DNA from: an uncultured Verrucomicrobiota bacterium
GTDB taxonomy: Bacteria > Verrucomicrobiota > Kiritimatiellia > RFP12 > UBA1067
Length of the DNA stretch: 64,000 bases
Direction: 5' to 3'
NCBI GenBank assembly: GCA_946613265.1
Contig: CAMOFK010000001.1
Coordinates: 22,753 to 86,752 of the forward strand
In this document: piece by piece, positions 37,120 to 50,833 of the stretch
How the letters are laid out: each line of letters begins with the position of its first letter
How positions within the stretch are numbered: position 1 is the stretch's first letter
Notes under the pieces: model-generated
What the model saw: only the letters and a program-made list of their open reading frames with translations
Databases searched by the model: none
What the model was told of the DNA's origin: nothing
Made by a program: the position numbers and the translations under genes

Positions 37120-38544
37120 TCACTTCTCCATCGAGACGTCTTTCCCGGACCAGCAGTATGTGCAAAGCTTGCAGGCGGGAATGCCGATTGCGTTGATGAG
37201 ATCGTCTAGGCGCTGAAATTGCAACGAGGTCAGATTGAGCTTTTCGCGGATGAACTCCACCATCGCCTTGTATTCGCTGCTGTCAGGGTCGGTGTATTTA
37301 TCGAGTCCGGCGTTCTGGCCTTCGTGACCGCGGATGTAGCGGCGCGTTATCAGGTCGTATTCCGAGCGCGACCGCGAGAAGTTGATGAACGGGCACGGGA
37401 AGACGAGCGGCGGGCAGGCGATGCGCATGTGCGTTTCTTTGCAACCGTCCGCATACAGGCGGGCGGCTTGCTTGCCGAGCTGCGTGCCGCGTACGATGGA
37501 ATCGTCGCAGAATACGAGCTTGCGATCCTTGATCAGCCCCGGTATCGGAATCAGCTTCATGGAGGCGACGTGTTCGCGCTGGCGCTGATCCTGCGGCATG
37601 AAGCTCCTCGCCCATGTCGGCGTGTATTTCACGAAGGGGCGGGCGTATTTCACGCCGGCCTCGTGGGCATAGCCGAGCGCGTGGCTCGTCCCGGAATCCG
37701 GGATGCCGCATGCGGCATCGACGCGGACATTGTCGCGGCGTGCGAGCGCGGCGCCGCAGCGGTAGCGCGCCATTTCGACGTTCCTGCCTTCGTAGCTGGA
37801 TGCCGGATAGCCGTAGTACACCCATAGGAAGGAGCAGATCGCCATCTTCTCGCCAGGCTCTATCAGCGTCTCGATCGTGCCGTCTGCGGAAATAGCGACC
37901 ATTTCGCCTGGCCCCAGATCGCGCACGTATTCATAGCCGAGATTCGGCAGCGCGCAACTTTCTTGCACCACGATCGTCGCGCCTTCCTTGCGCCCGATTA
38001 TGGCTGGCGTGCGCCCGTAGCGGTCGCGCGCCGCGTAGAGCGTGCCTTTTTCATCTACCAGAAGGATAGTGCAGCTGCCGCGAACCTTCTGCTGTACGTA
38101 GCGAACGCCGTCTGTGATGGAATCTTGGGTGGCGATGAGCGCGGAGACGACTTCTGTAGGCCCGACCATGCCGCTCGTCGTGGAGAATTGGAGTTGCGCC
38201 GCATTGTCGGTGAACAACTCCTTCTTCAAATCTTCTATATTCGAGATTAGCCCGACTGTTGCAATGGCGAATGTGCCGAGGTGCGAACACATCACGAGCG
38301 GCTGCGGATCCGTATCGCTTATTACGCCAATGCCGCAGTGTCCGGAGAATCTTTGCAAATCATGCTCGAACTTCGAGCGAAAGGGGGCGTTCTGGATATT
38401 GTGGATGGAACGCTGGAAAGCTCCATCGTCGCCAAGGATGGCGAGGCCTCCACGATGTGTGCCGAGATGGGAGTGGTAGTCGGTTCCAAAGAAAAGATCG
38501 GTCGTGCAATCGTCTTTGGATATCACGCCGCAAAGTCCGCCCAT
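37120..38544 (-). CDS. purF: Amidophosphoribosyltransferase (class II glutamine amidotransferase plus PRTase)
   Basis: 474 aa. N-terminal MGGLCGV with the catalytic Cys, the PRPP-binding loop LVFCDDSIVRGTQ, and C-terminal Cys residues consistent with the Fe-S type. Confidence 0.88.
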   Translation of the reverse strand: MGGLCGVISKDDCTTDLFFGTDYHSHLGTHRGGLAILGDDGAFQRSIHNIQNAPFRSKFEHDLQRFSGHCGIGVISDTDPQPLVMCSHLGTFAIATVGLISNIEDLKKELFTDNAAQLQFSTTSGMVGPTEVVSALIATQDSITDGVRYVQQKVRGSCTILLVDEKGTLYAARDRYGRTPAIIGRKEGATIVVQESCALPNLGYEYVRDLGPGEMVAISADGTIETLIEPGEKMAICSFLWVYYGYPASSYEGRNVEMARYRCGAALARRDNVRVDAACGIPDSGTSHALGYAHEAGVKYARPFVKYTPTWARSFMPQDQRQREHVASMKLIPIPGLIKDRKLVFCDDSIVRGTQLGKQAARLYADGCKETHMRIACPPLVFPCPFINFSRSRSEYDLITRRYIRGHEGQNAGLDKYTDPDSSEYKAMVEFIREKLNLTSLQFQRLDDLINAIGIPACKLCTYCWSGKDVSMEK

Positions 38545-38576
38545 GTTTCGCTCCTTCTATTGTCTTGTAGAAGAAT

Positions 38577-38585
38577 ATTATACCA
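38577..38585 (-). promoter_or_regulatory. Extended -10 promoter (TGGTATAAT) for purF
   Basis: The reverse complement reads ccgAAATATGGTATAATAttc. The leader is about 30 nt and carries GAAGGAG. Confidence 0.7.
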
Positions 38586-38838
38586 TATTTCGGCTTGCCG
38601 CCGCGCATGCCCGAGTCAGATTTCCATGCAAGGCGGCGAATCGGCATCCGGAACGGCGTTGGATGCCGTCGTGAAAATCTGCATCACGGGCTGCGTGGAC
38701 ACGGCGCTTATCGTATGCGAGGAGACGAAAACCACAAAGGACGCGCGTGCGCGTAGATGTGGGCGGGATTTGCATATGCTCTATTTTTAGCGCCTTTCCG
38801 CTGTTAAATTAGCTCATATTGCAGAAATCTGCCATATT

Positions 38839-38847
38839 TGGTATAAT
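38839..38847 (+). promoter_or_regulatory. Extended -10 promoter (TGGTATAAT) 6 nt from the gspE-like ATG (leaderless configuration)
   Basis: ccATATTTGGTATAATagtggcATG. Confidence 0.72.
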
Positions 38848-38853
38848 AGTGGC

Positions 38854-40545
38854 ATGAGTGAAAAGGGTGCATTGGCCAAAATGGTCTTGCAGGCGTCCGG
38901 GGCATATTCGGACTCGCAAATTGACAGTATCTTCCGGAGGCGCGCGGAAAACCCCGGCATGGGGCTTTGCGAGGCCGTCGTGAAGTTTGGCGGCGTGAAG
39001 GAAAAAGATTTTCTTTCCGCCGTCGGCAAAGTATTGGGTCTTGAGGTCGTTTCTTTGGAGGAGCGCCAGCCGGACGCCGATGCGATAACTGCAATTCCGC
39101 CTAGCGCCGTCAATCAGTATGGCGTGCTGCCGTTCAGGAAAGACGATACGACGCTGACGATCGCGTCTTCCGATCCTTTCGATTTCAAGGCGGCGGATGG
39201 ACTTAGGCTGCTTTCCGGCCTGCGCGTCAAATCCGTGCTTGCGCCGAAGGAAGAGATCGAGAAAGCGATCAAGAAGTACTACGGCGTCGGCGCGGATGCG
39301 ATCGAGAAGATGATCGATGACGGCCGCTATTCCGTCGATGACGACATTGGCGCGATGACGAAGATCGATGTCAATGAAATGGGCGAGGAGGCATCCATCG
39401 TCCGCTTCGTTAACCAGATTATCGCCGAGGCTGATCGCGAAGGCGCTACGGATATTCATATCGAGCCGCAGGAGACGGAGTTGCGCATACGCTACCGCAT
39501 CGACGGCATGCTTCACAAAGTCGATGTTCCGCCGCAGCTCAACCGTTTGAAGTCCGCGATAATCTCGCGTATCAAGGTCATGGCCAATCTCGATATCGCC
39601 GAGAAGCGTTTGCCTATGGATGGCCGTATTGGCATTCGCATCGCCGGCCAGGATATCGACATTCGCGTTTCGACCATGCCGGCTGCCTACGGCGAGTCGA
39701 TTTCGCTGCGCTTGCTTGCGAAGAGCGGCAATTTCGTGAAGATGCAGGATCTCGGCTTCAACGACAGAGATTTCCATGTCGTCGAAAAGATCATCCATCG
39801 CCCCAACGGCATCTTTCTCGTGACGGGGCCTACGGGCTCCGGAAAATCCACGTCGCTCTATTCCTTCCTTTCGGAAGTCAATACGATTGACGTGCGAATC
39901 ATGACGGCGGAAGATCCTATAGAATATCACATGGCAGGCATCAACCAGGTGCAGATGCAGGCGGATATCGGCATGAACTTCGCGCGCGCCCTGCGCGCCT
40001 TCCTTCGTCAGGACCCGGATATTATAATGGTCGGCGAAATTCGCGACCGCGAAACGGCGGAGATTGCGATCAACGCTTCGCTTACCGGCCACATGGTGTT
40101 TTCGACATTGCACACCAACGACGCCGCAGGCGCATTCCCGCGTTTGATCGATATGGGCGTGGAGCCGTTCTTGATTGCATCCGCTGTCGCCGGCGTCATG
40201 GGCCAGCGGTTGTGCCGGCGCCTTTGCCCGAAGTGCAAGCGCGAAGTGCCGATAGACATGAAATACTACAATCTCGCCTATCCGCCTGCGAAGCAAACGG
40301 TTTTCGAGCCGGTCGGCTGCGACAACTGCGCGCGTTCCGGCTACAAGGGGCGGCGCGCGCTTTTCGAAGTCCTCGAAGTCGATGAGGATATAGAAGGGGC
40401 GATCGTCAGGCGCGAGAATGCAACTCAGATCCGGAATATGTCTCTCGCCAAAGGCATGAAAACTCTTCGCGAAGACGGCTGGGCAAAGGTCTTCGCCGGC
40501 GTGACTTCCGTAAAAGAGGTCATGCGCGTTACTGAAGAGACCTGA
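38854..40545 (+). CDS. GspE/PilB-family secretion ATPase (type II secretion / type IV pilus assembly)
   Basis: 563 aa. N-terminal MshEN/T2SSE_N-like domain, Walker A GPTGSGKST, the Asp box, Walker B IIMVGEIRD, the His box, and a CxxC..CxxC tetracysteine (CPKC...CDNC). Confidence 0.9.
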   Translation: MSEKGALAKMVLQASGAYSDSQIDSIFRRRAENPGMGLCEAVVKFGGVKEKDFLSAVGKVLGLEVVSLEERQPDADAITAIPPSAVNQYGVLPFRKDDTTLTIASSDPFDFKAADGLRLLSGLRVKSVLAPKEEIEKAIKKYYGVGADAIEKMIDDGRYSVDDDIGAMTKIDVNEMGEEASIVRFVNQIIAEADREGATDIHIEPQETELRIRYRIDGMLHKVDVPPQLNRLKSAIISRIKVMANLDIAEKRLPMDGRIGIRIAGQDIDIRVSTMPAAYGESISLRLLAKSGNFVKMQDLGFNDRDFHVVEKIIHRPNGIFLVTGPTGSGKSTSLYSFLSEVNTIDVRIMTAEDPIEYHMAGINQVQMQADIGMNFARALRAFLRQDPDIIMVGEIRDRETAEIAINASLTGHMVFSTLHTNDAAGAFPRLIDMGVEPFLIASAVAGVMGQRLCRRLCPKCKREVPIDMKYYNLAYPPAKQTVFEPVGCDNCARSGYKGRRALFEVLEVDEDIEGAIVRRENATQIRNMSLAKGMKTLREDGWAKVFAGVTSVKEVMRVTEET

Positions 40546-40631
40546 TATTCCAAATGGCCGCCGCGCTGGCGCCGCAAGAGAAACGCCGCTTCCGGCATTG
40601 CGCGCCATGCAGCGACGAGGTGGAGACTCTG

Positions 40632-41534
40632 ATGAACGAAACAAAATTGATTCTGGCGGCGGTCAAGCGTCTTTTATGGAAAGACCGTTGGCTGGAGCGC
40701 TTTATCTGGTTGACGGTGACATTTTCGTTTTTGCGGTATGTCGTATCCAATCTCGCCACCGCACTTCTTGGGCAATCGGCGGCAAGCGTGTTCGATCGCG
40801 TCGCCGCCGTCAGGGATCTCGAGGCGCTCAAGCAGATTCTGGCAGACTCTGCCCTTGTACACTCGCTTGTCATCGCCGCTGGCTTGTCGCTATTCATCTC
40901 TGCATTGATGGGCGCGATAACGTCGTTCGGGTTGGCCAGAGCGCGCCTGAACGCCGTAGAGAGCATTGATACGCAGCTCGTTACAGGCGGTGCCGCGCCT
41001 GGCAACATCGGGTGGCAGCGCGGCGTCTGGGGAGGTTTTCGCGATCCTTTCGGAATGCTCATGCTTGCAATCCTTCATGGGATTGCGGTTTATTGGCCGT
41101 GCGCGATAGCCGCGGCGCTGGCGACGCTGCTTGCGCCCGGTGTATCGCTCATTGGCGCCGCATGGCCGCTTTCGCTTGCTCTTGCCTGCCTGTCGATACC
41201 GCGCTTTTATCGCTACAGGATGGCATGGCTCGAGAAAGCGTCCGATCCGTCGCTCGGCGCGCTCGAATGCCTGCGGCGTAGCGCCGCGCGCATGCGCGGC
41301 AACATCGGCAAGTGCTTTCGTCTCGATTGCGCCATGTGGAAGGAGATAAGCGCGCTTCTCGCGGTGTTTATGCTGCTTGTCGCGGTTTGCATTTTTGGCA
41401 CGCCCGTCGTCGCCGCAATCTGCGCTTTGTTGTATCTCGTCGTGCTAGTGTACGTCGAAATCTATGTTTCGCTGGCGCAGACCGTTTTCTACTGCATCCG
41501 CCTGAAGGCGCCGGCGCCATCTAACGAAGCGTGA
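40632..41534 (+). CDS. Hypothetical polytopic membrane protein
   Basis: About 300 aa with 5-6 predicted TMs. It follows the ATPase gene directly. The start is uncertain (40554 or 40632). No PilC/GspF signature is recognised. Confidence 0.5.
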   Translation: MNETKLILAAVKRLLWKDRWLERFIWLTVTFSFLRYVVSNLATALLGQSAASVFDRVAAVRDLEALKQILADSALVHSLVIAAGLSLFISALMGAITSFGLARARLNAVESIDTQLVTGGAAPGNIGWQRGVWGGFRDPFGMLMLAILHGIAVYWPCAIAAALATLLAPGVSLIGAAWPLSLALACLSIPRFYRYRMAWLEKASDPSLGALECLRRSAARMRGNIGKCFRLDCAMWKEISALLAVFMLLVAVCIFGTPVVAAICALLYLVVLVYVEIYVSLAQTVFYCIRLKAPAPSNEA

Positions 41535-42699
41535 CGGCCAGCCCGCCTCCCGAAGTCTCTCTATAGAGCGAAGGGAGATCGTGGCCGGTGCGCAGCATGG
41601 TCGCGACGACGTCATCGAACGAGACGCGGTGGCGGCCATCGGAGAGCAATGCCATTTCAGCCGCGACAATGGCGCGGTTGGCGGCGAGCGCATTGCGCTC
41701 TATGCACGGTATCTGAACGAGGCCCATGACAGGGTCGCACGTCAGACCGAGGAAGTGTTCCAAACCGATTTCCGCCGCTGTTTCGCATTGCGGAGTGGTC
41801 CCGCCGTAAAGATAGGCGGCTGCTGCAGCGGCCATTGCGCACGCCACGCCTATCTCGCCCTGGCACCCGACTTCCGCGCCGGAGATCGAGCCATTGCGCT
41901 TCACAGTATTGCCTACGAGACCGGCGGTTTCCAGCGCGTGTACGAGTTCGCGGCGGTCGCAGCCGAGCGATTCCGCCAGATACCTTAGAACGGCTGGAAT
42001 GACGCCGGCAGAGCCGCATGTGGGAGCTGTCGCTACTATCCCGAGAGATGCGTTTTCTTCGGCTACAGCCGTTGCATAGGCGGCGACGAGTCCCGTGCGG
42101 CGGAATTCCGGCTGCAGGAAGCGCGCCTTCTGGTAGATGGAGCGCGCGCGCCTCTGGAGATGGAGTCCGCCGGGCAGAACGCCATCGTGCTTCAAGCCGG
42201 CGTCGATCGACGCATACATCGCATCGAGCACGGAAGAGAGATAATCGGCTATCTGAGGGCCTTCGGCATCTTCGACAAGTTGCCAGACCGGCACGCCGTC
42301 GCGCTCGCATTTGGCGAGTATTTCCGCCATGTTGGCAAAAGAATAGACTTCCTGAGCGAGCTCGCGCCCGCCTTCCTCGCGCAGCGCGCCGCCGCCGACG
42401 GAATACACAATCCATGGTTCTACGCCAGGCGTCTCGAATTTCATCGCGTTAGGATGGCCGGCAAGAGATTCGGCGGCATTCCAGACGATTTTCGTACGGT
42501 TTTCGCCGAGCACTTTGCAAAGCGCCTTGTCCGTGAAATGGCCTGCGCCCGTCGCCGCGAGCGATCCATAGAGCGTTACGGTGAAAGATGCAGCTCCGGG
42601 GTTGCGGGCAAGGAACAGTTCGGCGGCTTTCGCCGGTCCCATCGTGTGGCTGGATGACGGCCCGAAGCCGATTCTATAAAGCTCGCGAAGCGAATACAT
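41521..42699 (-). CDS. sdaA: L-serine ammonia-lyase (iron-sulfur dependent, single chain)
   Basis: 392 aa. N-terminal FGPSSSHTMGP, then TCGSAGVIPAVL and GAEVGCQGEIGVACAMAA. Confidence 0.9.
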   Translation of the reverse strand: MYSLRELYRIGFGPSSSHTMGPAKAAELFLARNPGAASFTVTLYGSLAATGAGHFTDKALCKVLGENRTKIVWNAAESLAGHPNAMKFETPGVEPWIVYSVGGGALREEGGRELAQEVYSFANMAEILAKCERDGVPVWQLVEDAEGPQIADYLSSVLDAMYASIDAGLKHDGVLPGGLHLQRRARSIYQKARFLQPEFRRTGLVAAYATAVAEENASLGIVATAPTCGSAGVIPAVLRYLAESLGCDRRELVHALETAGLVGNTVKRNGSISGAEVGCQGEIGVACAMAAAAAAYLYGGTTPQCETAAEIGLEHFLGLTCDPVMGLVQIPCIERNALAANRAIVAAEMALLSDGRHRVSFDDVVATMLRTGHDLPSLYRETSGGGLAVTLR

Positions 42700-42829
42700 G
42701 GCAGTAGTTGCCTGCGGTGTGCGCAGGCTATGTTCTTCGTTGGCGGTTGGCGAGAGAGAAATCCATCTCCGCTTTTGCCGGCGTCGATGCGCATTGCGGC
42801 TGCAAAAGGGGGATGGATTCCCTGCAAGG

Positions 42830-47231
<4,402 letters not shown>

Positions 47232-47235
<4 letters not shown>

Positions 47236-48059
47236 GTGCTTTTTCCTTTGTTTGCCAGATAGACCGCGCCCACGGACAGGCGTTCGAACACAACGCCGGC
47301 GAACAAGACCGGATGGCGGAGAATCTTGCGCCATTTCCCGTTTTCGATGAATACGCCGATGAAGCGGTAGAAGGGGGAGAATTGCTTTTTCACGGCCGGA
47401 TGCCCCGGCCATTTCGCTTTGTATGCAGCGAAGCTTTTCGTATAGTACGCCTTCTTCGCGAGCATCTTCGAGTATGTGAGCGCCTTTTCGTTGTGCACGA
47501 GATTGTGCTCCAGCACGGCGCAGCGCGCGCCTGTCGCGAGAATTCGGATGTCAAGCTCCCAGTCTTCGGGGCCGGCGATGAGATTTTCGTCGTAGCCGCC
47601 CGTCGCCTCCAGCACGTCCTTGCGGAAAAGGCGCAGCGCGTCGATGCATGTGCCGTCGTAGAAAGAGCGCTCGAAATTTCTTGCCTTGACGCGAAAGCCC
47701 GTCCCTGTGCGGACTTCGGGAATCCAGTACGCGCAGACGTCCTCGGAGGAGGCGGTCTTCGCGAGAATTTCGCGGATCGTCGCTTCCGGCAGAATCATGT
47801 CTGCATCGAGGACGACCACCCAGCGCGCCTTGGCGGTGCGCCAGCCTAGATTGCGCTGCGCGGAGCGCTCTGGGCCTTTGTCGTAAACTGCGGCGCCGAG
47901 CGATGCGGCTATTTCCTTCGTCTTGTCGGTGGAAGAATTATCGACGACGATGATTTCCACGCTGTCGCGGAAAGCGGCGAAAGCGTTTATGCAGTTGGCG
48001 ATGTTGGCTTCTTCGTTGCGGGTCGTCACGATCGCGCTCAATGCAGGCGTTGTTTCCAT
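47232..48059 (-). CDS. GT2 glycosyltransferase (polyprenyl-phosphate sugar synthase-like)
   Basis: 275 aa. SAIVTTRNEEANI, IIVVDNSSTD and VLDADM (DxD) are typical of the GT-A fold of small GT2 enzymes such as Dpm1, ArnC and GtrB. Confidence 0.82.
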
Positions 48060-48071
48060 GTCGATAAATCC

Positions 48072-49214
48072 TTACTGGCCGGCGTTTGGCGCGGCGTGCG
48101 CGGCGCGCTCTGCGTTGTATCCGTCCCACGTTTCGCCGCCGAGCGCGGCGGCGGCGCGATCTGCGGAATCGTCGTTGAATTTCCAAGGCAGCGCGAAATA
48201 CGCCGCGTCGTCTCTGAAGGGGTGGCGGGCGGCGCGCGCTTTGTCTTGCGGAAGCTGCCGCAGCATGGCGAAGGCGCAAAGCGGCAGCGCGATTTGCAGC
48301 GCCGCGAGAAAGGCGAATTCGCGTCGCGAAGGAAGCGCGCCAGCGCATCCGATTGCGAGATAGGCGAAAAGAAGCGTCGGCAGCAGGAATGTCGCCTGGT
48401 CGGGAACGAAATAACGAATGAAAAAGAGCGCGTTTATCGCCAGCAGCGCGCATAGCCATGGCGAAGGCTTGCGCCGGAGGCGACGCGCCGCGAGGATCGC
48501 CGGAACGGCGAAAGAAAGCGCGGCGAGCGCGAGATTGAATGTCGCGAGCTTCCAATCGGCCGGCAGGACGCCGGCGACTTTGTCGCCGTATGCGCCCACC
48601 AGAACGTCGCGAGGGCCGCGGCGGACAAGCTCGAAAAGCCATGGCGCCGCACCGCATGCAAATGCGGCGCCGGCGCATATGGCGTCGCGAAGAGGTAGTT
48701 TCCTTGCTATCGCTGCTGCGGCATATACGGGGAGAAGGAGCGTCGCGAAGTTGTGGATGTTCAGTTGTACGCCGGCGACGAACATTGCACAACCGAACCA
48801 GAAAGCTCCGCGACCGTCGAGCCAATTCAAGAATGCGCATGCGCCTAGCGCCGTCGCGGCGATGTTCATCGTCTGGACTTCGGCGACGCATGAAAGCCAC
48901 CAGACCATGTGCGAGAGGCCAAAGAGTGTCGCGAGCGCCGAGCTGCGCGTCGCCGATGCCACCAGCGCGACGGCGAGTGCGCCGAAAAACGCAGAGCATA
49001 GCGTGACGGCGTATGGCGTATGCGCGAAGATCCGCGCCACGGCGAGATAAAGCGGATGAAGCGTGGCAAAGCCGCAGCCGGCGGATGCGCCGGCTCCATC
49101 GAGAACCCAATGCTGGAAGAGCCCGGAATCTCCCCAGCCTAGTCCGCGCTGCGCAGTCAATGCATACAGTGCGAAGAAGACGGGGAAAATCCAGAATCGT
49201 CTAAGCCGTTCCAT
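48072..49214 (-). CDS. Polytopic membrane protein, probable GT-C-fold glycosyltransferase (DUF2723/TMEM260-like)
   Basis: 380 aa with about 10 TMs. An early loop motif, GLGWGDSGLF, resembles the acidic first-loop motif of GT-C / DUF2723 proteins. The assignment is by pattern only. Confidence 0.5.
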   Translation of the reverse strand: MERLRRFWIFPVFFALYALTAQRGLGWGDSGLFQHWVLDGAGASAGCGFATLHPLYLAVARIFAHTPYAVTLCSAFFGALAVALVASATRSSALATLFGLSHMVWWLSCVAEVQTMNIAATALGACAFLNWLDGRGAFWFGCAMFVAGVQLNIHNFATLLLPVYAAAAIARKLPLRDAICAGAAFACGAAPWLFELVRRGPRDVLVGAYGDKVAGVLPADWKLATFNLALAALSFAVPAILAARRLRRKPSPWLCALLAINALFFIRYFVPDQATFLLPTLLFAYLAIGCAGALPSRREFAFLAALQIALPLCAFAMLRQLPQDKARAARHPFRDDAAYFALPWKFNDDSADRAAAALGGETWDGYNAERAAHAAPNAGQ

Positions 49215-49274
49215 TTATTCCCGTGATGTGCGAGTTGCGGCGAAGAAACATGGGCGCGGCAAGGGCGGCGACGT

Positions 49275-49982
49275 TCACTCCGTCGTCTCCGCCTTCGCTG
49301 TCTTTTCTGCGGCTTTCGCCGCAGCCTTTTCGGCTGCCTTCGCAGCCTTGGCGGCTTTTTCTTCTTTGATGCGGATGAAGTATTCGGAGCAGGTTTCCTT
49401 CGTGGGTCCTTCGCGCTCGAATTTGTTGTCGCCCTTCAACGAGAGATGGCGCGGGCAGAATTCGTTCGTCGTCAAATCGGCAAGCTCAAGTTTTTTTTCG
49501 TTGTCTCTGGCCGCTTCCGACCACTCTTCAAGCACGCAACCGGGGCACTTCGCCATCCCGCAAGAGTGCTTGAGGCAGTATTTGCCTTTGTACAAGCGGT
49601 CGCGGTCGCACGCCATGATGCATAGGATCTCGTCTGGATTCTTCCCGACGAGCAGATTCCGCGTGGTATCGTTTTTGATGCGCGGCATCACTCTGCCGCA
49701 GGCGTGCTTGGGGCAGTGCTTCCACACTATCTTCGTCGGAACTTCCGGCGCCGTCGCGCCGCCCTGCATCCACGGCGCGGATTTGTTCGCCTTGCCGGCG
49801 GCCCACCCGGGAATCCCGCCGATCTTCACGCCATTGTAGCAGCCTTCGGTGTGGCAGGTGTGCCGTTCGCAAAACTGGGATTTCTCCATCGCCGGCTCTT
49901 TGCATGTCGGCATTTTGCAGTTCGCGGCATGCACAAACCCGGCGCATGCGACAGCCAGCGTGACGATTGATAGCTTTTTCAT
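49275..49982 (-). CDS. Secreted cysteine-rich protein with four [FYH]-C-x-[RK]-H-x-C repeats and a Lys/Ala/Glu tail
   Basis: Start MKKLSIVTLAVACAGFVHA (signal peptide), preceded by AAAGGAGGAAAA. Motifs are FCERHTC, HCPKHAC, YCLKHSC and FCPRH. The C-terminus reads KEEKAAKAAKAAEKAAAKAAEKTAKAETTE. Confidence 0.62.
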   Translation of the reverse strand: MKKLSIVTLAVACAGFVHAANCKMPTCKEPAMEKSQFCERHTCHTEGCYNGVKIGGIPGWAAGKANKSAPWMQGGATAPEVPTKIVWKHCPKHACGRVMPRIKNDTTRNLLVGKNPDEILCIMACDRDRLYKGKYCLKHSCGMAKCPGCVLEEWSEAARDNEKKLELADLTTNEFCPRHLSLKGDNKFEREGPTKETCSEYFIRIKEEKAAKAAKAAEKAAAKAAEKTAKAETTE

Positions 49983-50049
49983 TTTATTTTCCTCCTTTGT
50001 CAAGCTCGACGCCGCGGAATGGCTCCGCGTATGCAAAACGACGCGGCTC

Positions 50050-50829
50050 TTACCGCGTCGGATTCTTCGCCATGAACTCCCACGCAAAAGCTTTGTAGGC
50101 TTCCGCGCCTTTGGAGCGGGGGTCGAAAAATACGACCGGCGTGCCCATAGATGGCGCTTCGGAGACGCGGACGTTGCGGGGGATCGTCGTCTCGTAAACC
50201 TTCTCGCCGAAATGCTCGCGCACTTCGTTCATCACGTCCTGCGTGAGGCGCGCGGACATGTTCACCATCGTGAAGACTATGCCGCCAAGCTCCAGCGCCG
50301 GATTCACCGTCTTGATGCGCTCTATGGAATTGGTGATGAGCGCCAGCCCGTCCATCGCCAGAAATTCCGCTTGGATCGGGATAAGCACGCTGTCGGCGGC
50401 CGCGAGCGCCGAGGCCATGACGACGCCGAGCGATGGCGGGCAGTCTATGATGATATAGTCGAAAACGCCGGCGTCTTTGACTGGCTTCACGGCGTTGCGG
50501 ATCATTTCCAGGCGGTCTTCGCGCATGCTGAACTCAAGCTCCGCGCCGGCGAGATTCACTTCCGATGGAATGACATTGAGATTGTTCCACTTCGTAGGCT
50601 GGATCGTCTCGTCGATCGCGCGCTCGCCAGCCAGCACTCCGTACAGCGAATAGCCTGGCGTCTTCTCCAGACCGAGCGCCAGCGTCGCGTGCGCTTGCGG
50701 ATCGAGATCGACTACCAGCACCGTGCGGTGGCGCTGCGAAAGCGCCGCGGCGAGATTGACGGCGGTTGTCGTCTTGCCGACGCCGCCTTTTTGGTTGGCG
50801 ATCGCGATTGTCTTCGTCTTGATTTCCAT
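50050..50829 (-). CDS. ParA/Soj/MinD-family P-loop ATPase (orphan; no ParB adjacent)
   Basis: 259 aa. Deviant Walker A NQKGGVGKTTT, then DLDPQ and IIDCPPSLG. The start is taken at MEIKTKTIAIA (50829). Confidence 0.9.
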   Translation of the reverse strand: MEIKTKTIAIANQKGGVGKTTTAVNLAAALSQRHRTVLVVDLDPQAHATLALGLEKTPGYSLYGVLAGERAIDETIQPTKWNNLNVIPSEVNLAGAELEFSMREDRLEMIRNAVKPVKDAGVFDYIIIDCPPSLGVVMASALAAADSVLIPIQAEFLAMDGLALITNSIERIKTVNPALELGGIVFTMVNMSARLTQDVMNEVREHFGEKVYETTIPRNVRVSEAPSMGTPVVFFDPRSKGAEAYKAFAWEFMAKNPTR

Positions 50830-50833
50830 AGCT

